A stretch of DNA of 64,000 nt from Callorhinchus milii (lineage: Eukaryota): positions 1,860,001 to 1,924,000 of the forward strand of contig NW_024704743.1 of assembly GCF_018977255.1 (NCBI RefSeq). Reading direction: 5' to 3'. This document shows positions 50,544-62,979 of the stretch, piece after piece. Made by a program: the position numbers and the translations under genes. Within the stretch, counting starts at the first letter, position 1, and the number at the start of each line of letters is the position of its first letter. A model generated the notes under the pieces. It ran no database searches, had not been told where the DNA came from, and saw nothing but the letters and a program-made list of their open reading frames with translations.

Positions 50544-50687
50544 TTATACCCCGATCAGGGGCATTTCATGGAGAAAGAAGCAGTCAAACACCACCTCTAC
50601 AACTCCATCATGAACTACTTCGAGGAATGCTTCAGGATCCCAGAGAACATTCCGGTAGAACCAGAAGAGGAGGAAGAGGACGGTTAA
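50544..50687 (+). CDS. DPP6: DPP6 terminal coding exon: LYPDQGHFMEKEAVKHHLYNSIMNYFEECFRIPENIPVEPEEEEEDG*
   Basis: ttgcag acceptor, TAA at 50685-50687; YPDxxH, ECFRI and acidic tail as in DPP6. Confidence 0.96.
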   Translation, partial: LYPDQGHFMEKEAVKHHLYNSIMNYFEECFRIPENIPVEPEEEEEDG

Positions 50688-50845
50688 CGTCTGGGTTTCT
50701 CTCCGCGCCAAGCACAAGACATCTCTTTTTTATGAAAATACAACTCTTTTATTTTATTTCGTTGTCGTTGTCAAAAGAAGAGTATTATTATGTTAGCATG
50801 TGACAAGGACCTGAAAGCCAACTCGCTCCATCTGACGTGATACAG

Positions 50846-51252
50846 CTCCCTCCCTCCCTCCTTCCCTCCCTCCTTCCCTCCCTCCCTCCCGCCTCTCCCC
50901 TCTCCTGTTCATCTCCTCTCCCCTGTCCTCTTCCCCCACCCTCTCCTCTTCCCTCTCTCGCCCTACCCACTCCTCCTCTCTCATCTCCCCTCTCCTCCTC
51001 TCTACTCTTCCCTCTCCTCTCTCCTCTCCTCTCCTCAGCTCTCCTCCTCCCATCTCCTCTCCACTCCCCTCCCCTCTTCCCTCTCCTTACCTACCCTCCC
51101 CTTTCCTCTCTCCTCTCCTTGCCTCCCCTCACCTACTTTACCCCCTCCCCCTGTCTCTCCACCAACCTTCCTCTCCCTCTCCCCTCTCCCCACTCTCCCC
51201 CACTAACCCCCTTCACCCCAACCCCTCGCACGCACCCACCCACCCACCCACC
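50846..51252 (+). repeat. Polypyrimidine (CT-rich) tract in the probable DPP6 3' UTR
   Basis: About 400 bp of mostly C/T starting 160 nt after the stop codon. Confidence 0.85.
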
Positions 51253-52959
51253 CAGAGAAGAACCATTAACATGAAACCGTGGCTATTATTCAGACCTCAC
51301 CAAACGCCATCGCTCTCTGTGCTATTATCTCGTGCAAAAAAAACACAAACAAAAACAAAAAAAAATTGTTTATTTGCTCAGATTGTCTGAAACAACAGCT
51401 CGGAGGCCCGACAGAGAGAGTCACCGGGGGGGAAGGAGGAGGTGGGAGGTGGGTCAGGGATGAGTGGGCGGGGTGGGGGGGGCAGTGGGGTTGGGGCTGA
51501 TGTGGGGGGAGTTACACAGCTGCTAAAGTCTACAGATGAACAAAACATCGAACTACACTCGTTGGCCCACAAAGCCACACAGTCACTCTGCTTTACGGTC
51601 ATACCCCACAAAGTGCTTTGGGACATCCTCTCTGATGTGAAATCAAATGCGAGTGGTTATTATTATTATTATTATCATTATTATTATCATTATTATTATT
51701 GTTATCAGATTCCAAGGTGAAGAAACCAAACTGCAGCCGTTAGCTTCAGAGCACAACCCCGTAACCGTTACCGTGAACTGTTTCCCTGTTCAACTTATTT
51801 CACAAGACGGCGCGATGGGTTCAGGTGACGAAGGCCCTGTGTGGAGGTCGCTGTGTCAATGCAGGTTGTTGATGTTGTTTGTGGGCTAGTTTGGGCTTCT
51901 CTCTCGAGCTCGGTGGTTCGTTTCCGTGTGTGTCAGACGTCGGGCTGACCCCATAACAAAGTGACTTTCCTTTGAGACTTTTCAGCACAGAAAGACAAGA
52001 TCGAACCCGTTCGCACTCCCTTAAAATAACCTTGGATAGTCATCACCTACCATCTGGTGCCCAAAGAAAGGGATTACCATCGCGCACGAGAGTCCTGTAG
52101 CTCAGGGGTTAGAGCCCTCGCGAGCGAGAGGACCCGCGTTCGATTCCCGGGCGGGTCAGGGCGAGACGTTGGGCAAGTTTCCTCACTCCACACACACACA
52201 CACGCGCGCGCGCGCGGCTCTGTTTACCGGCAGTCAGTAGGAACCCGGTTGTTAGTTTATTGCTGGATCGTTTTTCCGGGGATGATGATAATAATAATGA
52301 TAATTCGGTCACTTCAATCCACGGCTGTTTGTGGGGGCGCTGCCGTGCGCGATCGGCTTCCGCATTTCGCCCGCAAAATATGAAAGTGAGGTCTCCGATG
52401 GTGGAGCGGAGGGAAATGAGGGACATGCAGGAAGCTGGAGCCAGACGGTGGGTTGGGGGTTGGGGGCCGGGGTGGGGTTGGGGGGTAAGCCAGGTCAGAG
52501 AGAGGTAGGGAGGTGCCCGGGGCATTGAGGCGGAAAAAAGTGCGAGGATCTTGAAATCGATCCCGGACTCCATCCAAATAGACTTCCATCCCAGAGGCCT
52601 CTCGCTCGCTCCCGTCATCCCCTCGTTCAAGGTGTGTCTCTTTGTCTGTGCTTTCGCCCCCACTCCCAACTCTCCTTTCTCTTCTCCCCTCCCCCTTCTA
52701 CCCCCTCCAACCCCCCCCCCCAACCGCGATGTTGGGGGTCTCCATCCCAGCATCGTCAAAGCGTTCGAGCCTTGAGATGTCCTCCCAAAGTGAAATGTAA
52801 ATAATGTATTATATCAGATTGTAAGTCCAGTCAGTCCCCAACATTATTTTATCATTTTCTAATTACGTCGATAAAAGTCTTGGGAGGGGGAGATTAGATT
52901 AGCTTTGCCTAAATGGGAGGGAGGGAGGGAGGAGAGAGAGAAATATCTTGTTATTAATA

Positions 52960-53272
52960 GCACAGCCTGGCTCAGTTGGTAGCATTCTCGCCTTGTGGGT
53001 CGGAAGGTTGATGGTTCAAGCCCCATGTCAGTAATCCCTCACAGTCGAGTTGACTCTTCAGTCGGGTTCCCGTCTGCCTGTTCAGGAGGACGTTAAAGAT
53101 CCCACGGCACCGCTCAAAAAGAGAAAGGTGTTTGTCCCTGTGTGTTGGCCGGGCTGACAAGCCTACGGATTAAATTGGTCACTCTCCATAGCTTGTTTGC
53201 GGGTCGTTGGTGTGTGCAAATTGGCTGCCGTCTTCACCCATAAAATACAGTCACTTCCCCTGCTTTACAGTA
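52960..53272 (+). mobile_element. Older tRNA-headed Deu-domain SINE (SacSINE1/AmnSINE1-like); related fragments near 22575-22700, 49512-49810, 42150-42240 (-) and 5255-5345 (-)
   Basis: Different head (CAGCCTGGCTCAGTTGGTAGC...GGTTCAAGCCCC) plus CCCGTCTGCCTGTTCAGG-GGACGTTAAAGATCCC core recalled from DeuSINEs; shares the 3' body with the young SINE. Confidence 0.7.
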
Positions 53273-53277
53273 AAATG

Positions 53278-53670
53278 GATTCCTGTAGCTCAAGAGGTTA
53301 GAGCCCTCGCCTCGCAAAGGAGAGGACCCGGGTTCGATTCCCGGGCAGGTCAGGGCGAGACCTTGGGCAAGTTTCCTCACTCCACACACACACACACACA
53401 CACACACACGCCTCTGTTTACCGGCAGTCAGTAGGAACCCGGTTGTTAATTGATTGGCGGATGGCTTTTCCGGGGGTAATAATCCCTTAAAACAAATAAT
53501 AATAGTTTGGTTACTCAATCCACGGCTGTTTGTGGGGACGCTGCTGTGCGCGATCGGCTGCCGCGTTTCACCCACAAAAATTACACAGTCAACTCACTTT
53601 ACAGTGTATCCTGTGAAGCGCTTTGAGACGTCTCACAGACGTGATCAGGCGCCGTTTCAAATGCAGGGAA
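53278..53670 (+). mobile_element. Young tRNA-derived SINE copy
   Basis: Consensus match from head to tail. Confidence 0.88.
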
Positions 53671-54894
53671 TTTTCTTCTTCTTAAAATCCTGTGAAGTGC
53701 TTCGAGACGTGTTGATGATGCGATGAAGCGGAATGTCAACTGTAAAGGTGATGACCGTGTAAATGAATGTTTTAGCACTCAGAGGATTCAGAGCCTCGAT
53801 GCCAGTTTTCCTTTGGGACATTCTGATTTAAGGGATTTCTAAACAGTTTTTTGGCCAACGCTTACGATGGTGTTTGTCCACCGCTCGGAGGCAGAAACAA
53901 AATTCACCGAGCAAGCTGAATCGTGGCTGGTGATTTATGCTGAAAAGTATATACACATCTTCATAGAAAGGCTAATTAACTCAGCTTTAATCCTGTTTGA
54001 AGCTTCCAATTCATACCGCAAGTCGTAAGCGGCGAAATATTACACGTTGGTGAAAAATATATGGCGTTTTTATTGCTGCGTTGGACATTGGGTGAGCACC
54101 GGGCTTCGTGAAAGGGGAATGAAGATGACCGAACCTTTACAAGAGCTAAACTTGCTTGTAAGTCCCGGGGAAATGCTCTGAGTTCCGCATTTTAGCAGTG
54201 AGCCAACACACCGTAGGAATTTATCGTGAATTAATGTTGTCGAGGAACCATCATAAAAGCTGCATTTCTATCATTGCTTTCGGGGGTGAGGGGGGCGGGA
54301 AAAAAACCAATCACACTTTTGTTGACTGTGAGTGGGTGTGTGCGTGTGCGTGCGTGTAAATGTTCCACGGTATTCATCGACTTAAAGCTAACTGAATTTC
54401 CTACAAAACCTTAATAAATAGAGAGTATTTACTTCTGAGATTCCCTCCATCTATTTCGGCTGTTGTGGGTTTATTTCCCGAACGCAAAAAGGTTTTTTTT
54501 TTTTTTTCTCGGTGGTTGTTTGATTTCGCTGTGAGCGCACGGAAGGACGTTATATGTCGGGGAGTGCTTTTCTTTTCAGCCAAACCCGTCTCTCCAGAAT
54601 TGGGTGACGGAGTCTGTAAGCGCGATCGAAAAGAAAGGTCTTCAAGTGGGGATCCGAAGGTGGGGAGGGAGGGAGGGAGGGAGGGAAGGAGGGAGGGCGA
54701 GGCGGAGGGATTGAGGGAGAGGGTGCCAAGAGTTTCGGGGTGTAGTGGCTGAAGGCATGGCCACCGATGGTGGGTGGTGGAGTGGGGTGGGTGTGGGGAA
54801 GGGGGTTGGGGGGGGTTCGGAGAGGCGGGGAGGTGCCAGGGCATGAAGTGATTTGAAAACGAGAGCAAACGAGAAACCTTAGACAAGTTTCCTT

Positions 54895-54927
<33 letters not shown>

Positions 54928-56451
54928 GCGCCTCTGTCAGTAGGAACCCGGTTGTTAGTCGATTGGCAGATCGCTTTTCCGGGGGTAATAATCCCCGGGT
55001 TCGATATATCTTGCGAAGTGCCTTGACTCGTCTCAACAACGTGTTAAGGCGCTCTATCAGTAAGGATTATTATTATTATTATTATTATTATTATAATGAT
55101 TACCAACTCCTCACTGTTTCAGTGCTCAGGAAATTGATTAGCAGTTCAGAGACCTTGAAGCAAAATGAGTTTGAGGATTGAAGCATCTCGAAACCTGATT
55201 CGCACAAAATGGACTTGTTATAGCTGGTCAGCTTTCCAATTATACTTACCGAGGTATAAATTGTTTCTCGTTCCCCGTTAGTGCTGAGTTTAGGGAAATT
55301 GCGTTGAGGGTTTCAATGGCAGACTGTTTCAGACCCTGAGCATTATTGTGGAGTCCTGCAGCTCGGTGGTTGGAGCACTCGCCTCGCAAGCGAGAGGACC
55401 CGGGTTCGATGCTGCCTGACCTGCTGAGAGTTCCCTGGCCACTTCTGCTCTTAATTCAGAATTTCCAGCATCCGCAGTAATCCACACACACACACACACA
55501 CACTCACACACCTCAGGCTCTCGCCGTGTTGCTTTGCATTTGTCTTTCACTGCTTGAATCTGCTGTAACGATCCCCAAAGGCAACTATTAGTAGGAAACT
55601 GTGGCCAAATTGCAGTCTCTCCTCATCAAAATTCAGAGGCAGAATGGAAAGCAGTTAGTGCTGGCTGAGGTACGATCTCTCAGCTCGGTGTAGAACCCCA
55701 TCAGTGTGAATTCACCTACCCCGACACTGTTAAAAGAAATGCGTGAATGAGCTCTTTACACCCAGACACAGAGAACGGAACAGCGTAGAAACAGACCAAC
55801 TAAGTCCACGCCAGGGTTCGTAATAATATAAATAATAATACTTGCATTTGATACAGCGCCTTATCATGCCTTCGAGACGTCTCACGGCGCTTCACAGCAA
55901 AGTGAATTGACCTTATACTTTTTGTGGGTGAAACACGGCAGCCAATTGCGCACAGTCGCGTCCCCACAAACGGCCGTGGATTGAAATGACCAATTATTAT
56001 TGTTATTTTTTTTTTGAAGGGATTATTACCCCCGGGAAAGCGATCCGCCAATCGACAGTCGCGACACCAATAACTTTTTAATGTTTTGATGTAGGGCAAA
56101 GTCTCGGAGCGCTTCACACCACATGGGGTTGGATATCGATCAAAGGAGCGAGGGGGGAGGAGAGAGGGGGGAAAAGAAAGAGAGGGGGGACAGAGGGGCA
56201 AGAGAGAGGGGGGAGGAAGGAAGGAGAGACAGCCATATATCAAAGAGGTAGATTTGAAGGCAAGAAACTGAGACAGAAAGAGAGAGGGCACGAGATGGAG
56301 TGCTGGAGGGAGGGATCAGGAAGTAATTAAACATTAATTGATCTAATTTACATACGTCGTCCACTTTATCAATTTATTGCTGATCACCAGCTGCAAACCT
56401 CGGATTCTTCCCAGAATATTTCCCAATGGCACGATCCCATGATATGATATG

Positions 56452-56948
56452 ACTCACTCACTCACTTACTCACTCACTCACTCACTCACTCACACACTCA
56501 CACTCTCAATCACTCACTCATTCACTCACACTCTCAATCACTCACTCACTCACTTTCTTACTCACACTCTCAATCAATCACTCTCACTCACATTCTTACT
56601 CACGCTCTCTCTGACTCACTCACTCACTCACTCACTCACTCACTCACTCACACACTCACTCACTCACTCACTCACACTCTCAATCACTCATTCACTCACA
56701 CTCTCAATCACTCACTCACTCACTTTCTTACTCACACTCTCAATCAATCACTCTCACTCACATTCTTACTCACGCTCTCTCTGACTCACTCTCTGACTCA
56801 CTCTCTGACTCACTCACACACTCACTCACTCACTCACACATTCTCTGACTCTCACTCACATACTCACTCACACACTCACTCACTCATTCATACACTCTCT
56901 CACATTCTCACTCTCACTCACTCACACACTCACTCACTTACTCTCTCT
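56452..56948. repeat. Degenerate (TCAC)n array with an internal higher-order duplication
   Basis: Read directly; a block of about 115 bp recurs at 56500-56620 and 56675-56790. Confidence 0.9.
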
Positions 56949-57914
56949 ATGACTTCAGCACCGTACCAGCCATTAATTATACAGTCTACCCTCAGGTCAC
57001 AGGTAATGGGATCACTGAGGCTTCATGAATACGGTGGAATAATAAAGTCAGGAAATGATGGAAACTGCACAACAAAATCATTGCCATCTGAGAGAGAGAG
57101 AGAGAGAGGGAGGGAGACAGGGAGGGAGAGGGGGGAGGGAGAGAGATACCTTGTAAGTGTACCTGAATTGGTACCACACTTGACACCGAGAGGTTGCAGG
57201 TTGTGTGTTTGAGACCCAACCCAGGACTTTGAACACATTTAGTCGGAATGCAGCGATGGGGGAGCAATAACAAATTGTCACTCAATCCCCGACAGTTTGT
57301 GGGACAGACGCTGCTGTGCGCAATTGGCCTCCGTGTTTCGTCCCCAAATAGACAGTCAATTCGCTTTACAGTATATTCTGTGAAGCGCTTTGGGACGTCT
57401 CGAAGACGTGAAAAGCACTGTATCAAACGCCAGGATTATTATTATATTATTATTATTAAATGAGGCAAACTGTTGGAGTAATGAAGCAAAAGGGGTTGGT
57501 TTTCATGTCAAGGTCACTCGATTGCTCTTTTCATGGTGTTCTTACATCCACTGTGTGTAACTGACAGAATAGACATTAAACAGAGGATCTATTACCATAT
57601 CATTAAATTCGCAACGGAAAATGAAGAATAATGAAACTTTCTAATGTAATGATTGTAGCTTCGAGCTATTTTCGAATAACGATCTTTGACGTTCGATATA
57701 TAAACCCGGCATTTGATACGGCGCCTTATCACATCTCTGAGATGTCTCAAAGCGCTTCACGGAATAGACCGTAAAGTGTAGTGACTGTGTATTTTGTGGG
57801 CGAAACGCGGCAGCCAATTGCGCACAGCAGTATTGAACTGGCATTGACACATTGACATCAAAATGCCACAACATTGTGCGTCCGAGAGAAATCTCACCTC
57901 GTTGAGATTACAGT

Positions 57915-58285
57915 GGAGTACTGTGGCTCAGTGGTGAGAGCCCTCACCTCGCAAGCGAGAGGACCCGGGTTCGATTCCCGGGCAGGTCAGGGCGAGACAT
58001 TGGGTAAGTTTCCTCACTCCACACACACACCTCTGTTTACCAGCGGTCAGTAGGAATCCGGTTGTTAGTCGATTGGCGGATCACTTTTCCGGGGGCAATG
58101 ATCCCTTCAAAAATAAAAATAATAAATTAGTAACCTCAACTGTTTGTGGGTAACTCACTGCCGCTTTTCACCCACAAAACACACACGGTCAATTCACTTT
58201 ACAGTGTATCCTGTGAAGCGCTTTGAGACGTCTCGAAGACCTGATAAGGCGCTGCGTCAAATGCCGGGATTATTAGTATTATTAT
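57915..58285 (+). mobile_element. Young tRNA-derived SINE copy
   Basis: Consensus match from head to tail. Confidence 0.87.
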
Positions 58286-60441
58286 CTTTAATGTTCGTCT
58301 GGACAGACAGACGGGACTTTGGATTAAAGTCTCACGTACATGATCTTTGCATTCGATGTAGAGCCTCGTTACGTCGTCAAGGCATCTAAAGTGGACCTCG
58401 GTTTATCATCTCATTTGAAGAGCGAGCTCCCTCAGCACTGTAATGAGGTGGCATCAATGTCTCCTTCACAGGGTCACAAGAAACTCAAATTATTTTCTGC
58501 ATCCGCAGTATTTTGCCGCCCTCTGCTGGAACAAAAGTCTTCTTTTCATCAACTCCCGATAAATCCAATGCAACTTGCATTTCCGTAGCAGCTTTCACGT
58601 TGGCAGGACGTCCCAAAACCCTGAAGTAATCAAATAATATTCTTCGTTTGTTACGTAATAATCCTTTCACCGGACACAGTAAAATGTCCTGCGTTTGATA
58701 GAGTTGGCTTGTCGCGCCGTCAAAAACGTCTCAAAGTGCTTCAGGGTTTGACTGTAAAATAGTGACAATAATAATAATAATTGTCGCATTTGATACAGCG
58801 CCTTATCACGTCTTTGTGACGTCTCAAAGCGCTCGAGAAACGCGGCAGCCAATTGCGCAGTGTATCCTGTCAAGCGCTTTGAGACGTCACAAAGACGTGA
58901 TACGGTGCTATGTCGGACGCAAGGAGTATTAGTAGTTGTGGTCGGATTATTATGTTCCCCTTCCCTTGGATCAACCCCTAATTGCCCAATGCCCAACCCT
59001 GTCCCTGTGAAGTGGACCTGAGATGGTACCTTGGAGGAAAGGTGATGTTTGAGCCGAGTCGTGGTCGCGGCTGCCGTTTGTGTTATCAGAAACACAATGT
59101 TTGGTAAATACTCCCAGACGTTCATTATTCTCTGTCTATTGAGAAGATGGAGAACACCTGGTTTAATTGCAAACAGAAGGTAGGTATCAAAACCTCTGAC
59201 TGACTCATTAGTGGAATCCAATCGCTTTCTAACTTTGATTAAAATGCCATCCTTGACGGTAAACTCTTCCAGGATTAATCGGATTTGCGTAACTCTCCAT
59301 TCCACGTCAAGCATTCTAGGAGCAGCGCTCTTTTACACTCTGTAGATACACAGCAACGCTCACGAGATGATAATAATAATACTGGATATAGACAGCAGAG
59401 CGCAGCATAGAACCTCGAACCTCCCGGCAGCAATTCTCAAACGCACGTATAACAACGGGACAGTGTGAAACTCCTGATTTACAACGCGTCAATGTGGCAA
59501 TCACGAAATGTTACGGAAGTAGTTTGCTGTTCCTTAAATCTCACTGGCGAAATAGACCCCCTTTTACCACCGGCGAGATGGAGTTGAGGTGCAGATCAGT
59601 CATCATATTGAATATCTTTTAATAGAATAGTCCTGTAGCTCAGGGGTTAGAGCGAGCGAGAGGACCCGGGTTTGATTCCCGGGCAGGTCAGGGCGTAACA
59701 TTGGGCAAGTTTCCTCACTCCACACACACACACTCACGCGCGCCTCTGTTTAACTAGCAGTAACTAGGAACCCAGGTGTTGGCAGATCGCTTTCCCGGGG
59801 ATAATGCCTCACACTCCTTGCCTTGTCATATCGCATCCCGTAAGATGTTCTGCTGTGGTCAAAGGCTGTGGAGGATTCCAAGAAAACCCGGACAAGTGGA
59901 TCTGCAGAAACTCCAAAAATAAATAATAATAATCATAATAGTAATACTCACATCTAATGTAGCACCGTTCACGTCAGGTCGACAGCTCAAAGCCCTTCGC
60001 AGGATTGACTGTAAAGTAGAATGACTGCATTTTGAGGGTGAATGGCCGATTTGCGATTCTCCACACAAAACAGCTATGAAGTGAAAGACTTGAATCACCG
60101 GTCGCTCTGCTCTTGAGTCTACGTTTTTTATGTGGGTGCAAACCAACGGTCTGTAGGCGTCAGAGCCTGGGAATCGATTGAAAGTGATGGTACAGCATAA
60201 AGGTGTGGCATTCCCGGTGATGAATTATCTCTCGACTTACTTTGGCAAAAGAACAGGGCAGTCCAGTGTCCAGTGTCAGCGAAGATAGACTGTCATCATC
60301 GGTTAATATGCTCTATACTCATTTCTCTCCCACCCACCCCACTCTACGAAACAAACCCCTAAGAGAGCTTTAACCTGCAATAACAACAAACTAATAATTA
60401 ATATAATATATTGGAGTCCAGCCTTAGCAAAACGTTGGTCT

Positions 60442-60835
60442 AATAGTAATCCTGGCATTTGACACAGCGCCTTATCACGTCTTCGAGACGTCTCAAAGCG
60501 CTTCACGGAATGTTCTGCAAATTGACTGTATATTTTGTGGGCAAAACGCCGATTGCACCCAGCGACGTCCCCACAAACAGCCGTGGATTGAGTCAGCAAA
60601 TGACCGTCATTAATTTTATTTGTTTTGAAGGGGTTGTTACCCCCGGAAAAGCGATCCGCCGATCTACTAACAACCGGGTTCCTACCGACTGCCGGTGAAC
60701 GGAGGCGCGTGTGTGTGTGTGTGTGTGTGGAGTGAGGAAACTTCCCCAATGTCTCGCCCTGACCTGCCCGGGAATCGAACCCGGGTCCTCTCGCTCGCGA
60801 GGCGAGGGCTCTGACCCCTGAGCTACTGGGACTCC
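60442..60835 (-). mobile_element. Young tRNA-derived SINE copy
   Basis: Reverse-complement consensus. Confidence 0.88.
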
Positions 60836-61469
60836 AGACTGCCTAACGCTCACGAGGGAGGTGAGAGGGCTACCGACTGAGCCAGACTGGCACACCTACA
60901 CCGCACAGCAAATATATCCTTCGGGGAACCGATCTACCGCAGTAGTGGGGAACCACTCTCGCTATTGTGACAGCGTCGGGAGTTGCTCCTCCAAAGAAAC
61001 CGCCTACTTGGAAAGCTCACCTCAAGACATTTTCCCTCTTGCACTTTGACTGCTCTTTTGGTTCACCTTTCTGGGCTGATTGTCCTGCAGGGTTCGTCCA
61101 CAAAATATACCCTCACGCCCCCTGTGTCAGCGTATCCTGTGAGACGTCTCGACAACCTGATCAGGTGCTGTATCAAATACCAGGTTTATTATATCGTCAT
61201 CATCATCATCTCCTCTATCCATCCCGTTTCACCCACAAAATAAAGTCAATCCACTTTGCAGTATATTCTGTGAAGCATTTTGAGAGGTGTCAACGACATA
61301 AGGGGCAATACTACAGACATGGATTACTACCCCCTCTTATAGATCACGACCTCTCTCTTCGTCCGTGCTTACGGTCACCCCCCACCCCTCCCTCAACCCC
61401 CAGCTCGGTGTCGGGCTCCGCCACTGTGAAGCGCTCCGAGAGACGAGAGACTAGAAGCGATTGTTGTGC

Positions 61470-61500
61470 TTGGGAAACATTTTTATTCAACTCCTGCAAG

Positions 61501-61538
<38 letters not shown>

Positions 61539-62217
61539 AAAATAATTCACAATCGAAAAATACAAAAGACATTTGTGTAAAGTTACAAGGATCTCAGAAA
61601 AAAAAAAACATCCATAATTTATTAAGACGACTAGCCCTTTAGTCCTTCAACAAACAAACGGGTTACAGCTAGGGTTTTTTTTTTTAAATTCTCATTGACG
61701 GGCAGGACAATCAATGCCTGACAAGACGACAATCTCCAAAAAAAGTAGTAAGCACGATAATCTTATTGTACATCTTAAAAACAGCTCGTTAAAAAATAAC
61801 CGTCTCCTCTAAGAACCGGCCAAAGTAAATTCGTACAATATTCTACAGGGTTCGCCTCTTATTTATACTATGTACACACACGCGCGCGCATATTAATAAA
61901 AACATATGGCGGGAATGAAATAGAACGTACGTTTTGTTAAGTAAAGGAACGCACTTCCCCTCTCTCGCTCACTAACCCCATACGCGCTGCCCTCTCAGTT
62001 TCCCAGCCGTGAATCCCAAATTTTCCCAGATTCTGCCGTGTCTCAGCGAAGGATCTCAGGCCGAAACACTGCGTCACTGTCAGCGAGAAGCTTGAGCTGC
62101 TGGGCCTCTCTCTCTCTCTCTCTCTCTCTGTGACTGCTGAGCAACACGTCCCTCCGGTCTGTCCGTCCGTCACCTGACCTGTTATCCGCTAACACCTCCG
62201 ACTGCACGCATTAAAAA
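61470..62217 (-). other. PAXIP1: Probable PAXIP1 3' UTR with candidate AATAAA signals at 61618-61623 and 61482-61487 (minus strand)
   Basis: Transposon-free, partly AT-rich stretch after the stop codon; TTTATT on the + strand at both sites; the site actually used is unknown. Confidence 0.6.
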
Positions 62218-62233
62218 TCAGGTGAATTTATAC
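62218..62233 (-). CDS. PAXIP1: PAXIP1 last exon, coding part: (S)YKFT*
   Basis: Preceded by the TTCCTTAAC branch site and AC acceptor; TC+G gives Ser, then TAT AAA TTC ACC TGA; human ends YESYKFN*. Confidence 0.9.
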
Positions 62234-62884
62234 GTGAGATCGTTAAGGAAGCAGAACTCGCTTTCCACACCATTTCGTAAATTCAGAAATAAGTGCCACC
62301 CCCGACAGGACTCAGGACATAAACATTTCCTGACGATGATCCACGCGCTCAATAATAACAACAATCCTGGCATTTGATACAGCGCCTCATCACGTCTTCG
62401 AGACGTCTCAAAGAGCTTCACAGGATACACCGTAACGTGAATTGACTGTGTGGTTTGTGGGTGAAACGCGGCAGCCGATCTCGCACAGCAGCGTCTCCGC
62501 AAACAGCCGTGGGATTCAGTGACCAAATTATTATTGTTTCCTTGANTTTTTTTTAAATAAGGGATTATCATCCCCCGGAAAAGTGATCCGCCAATCGACT
62601 AACAACCGGATTCCCACTGACTGCTGGTAAACAGAGACGTGTGTGTGGAGTAAGGAAACTTGCCCAGGGTTTCGCCCTGACCCGGGAATCAAACCCGGGT
62701 CTCCTCAGTTGCGAGGCGAGAGCTCAAACCCACCGAGCTACAGCTTAATAGTGGGAAGGTTTCTCAACCACATCTAAGACTATCTCTCCCCAATGTCCAC
62801 CAACCTCCGCTTACCCTCCAAACCCTCCCCCAACCAACCCCAACCCCAAGCCCAAACGAAAGTCACAAAGCTGCGAAAGGATAT
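62234..62884 (-). other. PAXIP1: U12-type (minor spliceosome) AT-AC intron of PAXIP1, 651 nt
   Basis: 5' end ATATCCTTT (62884-62876), branch site TTCCTTAAC (62250-62242), 3' end AC (62235-62234); splicing restores the frame. Confidence 0.93.
62351..62742 (-). mobile_element. Young tRNA-derived SINE copy inside the PAXIP1 U12 intron
   Basis: Reverse-complement consensus; contains the single N at 62546. Confidence 0.87.
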
Positions 62885-62945
62885 GATTCGTAATCCAGTG
62901 TCTGTGTAAGCACTCCCGTCAACACAAACTCAGCATTGTGGACGT
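62885..62945 (-). CDS. PAXIP1: PAXIP1 penultimate exon: [20 protein letters not shown](S)
   Basis: Minus-strand cag acceptor; 61 nt; followed by the U12 donor ATATCCTTT; matches the recalled human PAXIP1 C-terminus. Confidence 0.95.
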
Positions 62946-62979
62946 CTGAGAACGTGAAAGAGAGGAGAATTAAGTCAAA

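Noticed and set aside
127..50687. Calling the gene DPP10 or an active DPP4/FAP
   Set aside because: No catalytic Ser; DPP6-type motifs and the PAXIP1 neighbour favour DPP6
58667..59314. 215-aa minus-strand ORF, the longest in the track
   Set aside because: It runs through SINE tails and has no recognisable domain
3192..61536. Many ORFs sharing [22 protein letters not shown] or HTHTHT peptides
   Set aside because: All are translations of the non-coding SINE or microsatellites, not a gene family
62546..62546. Single N base
   Set aside because: Assembly ambiguity next to a poly-T run in a SINE; no biological meaning
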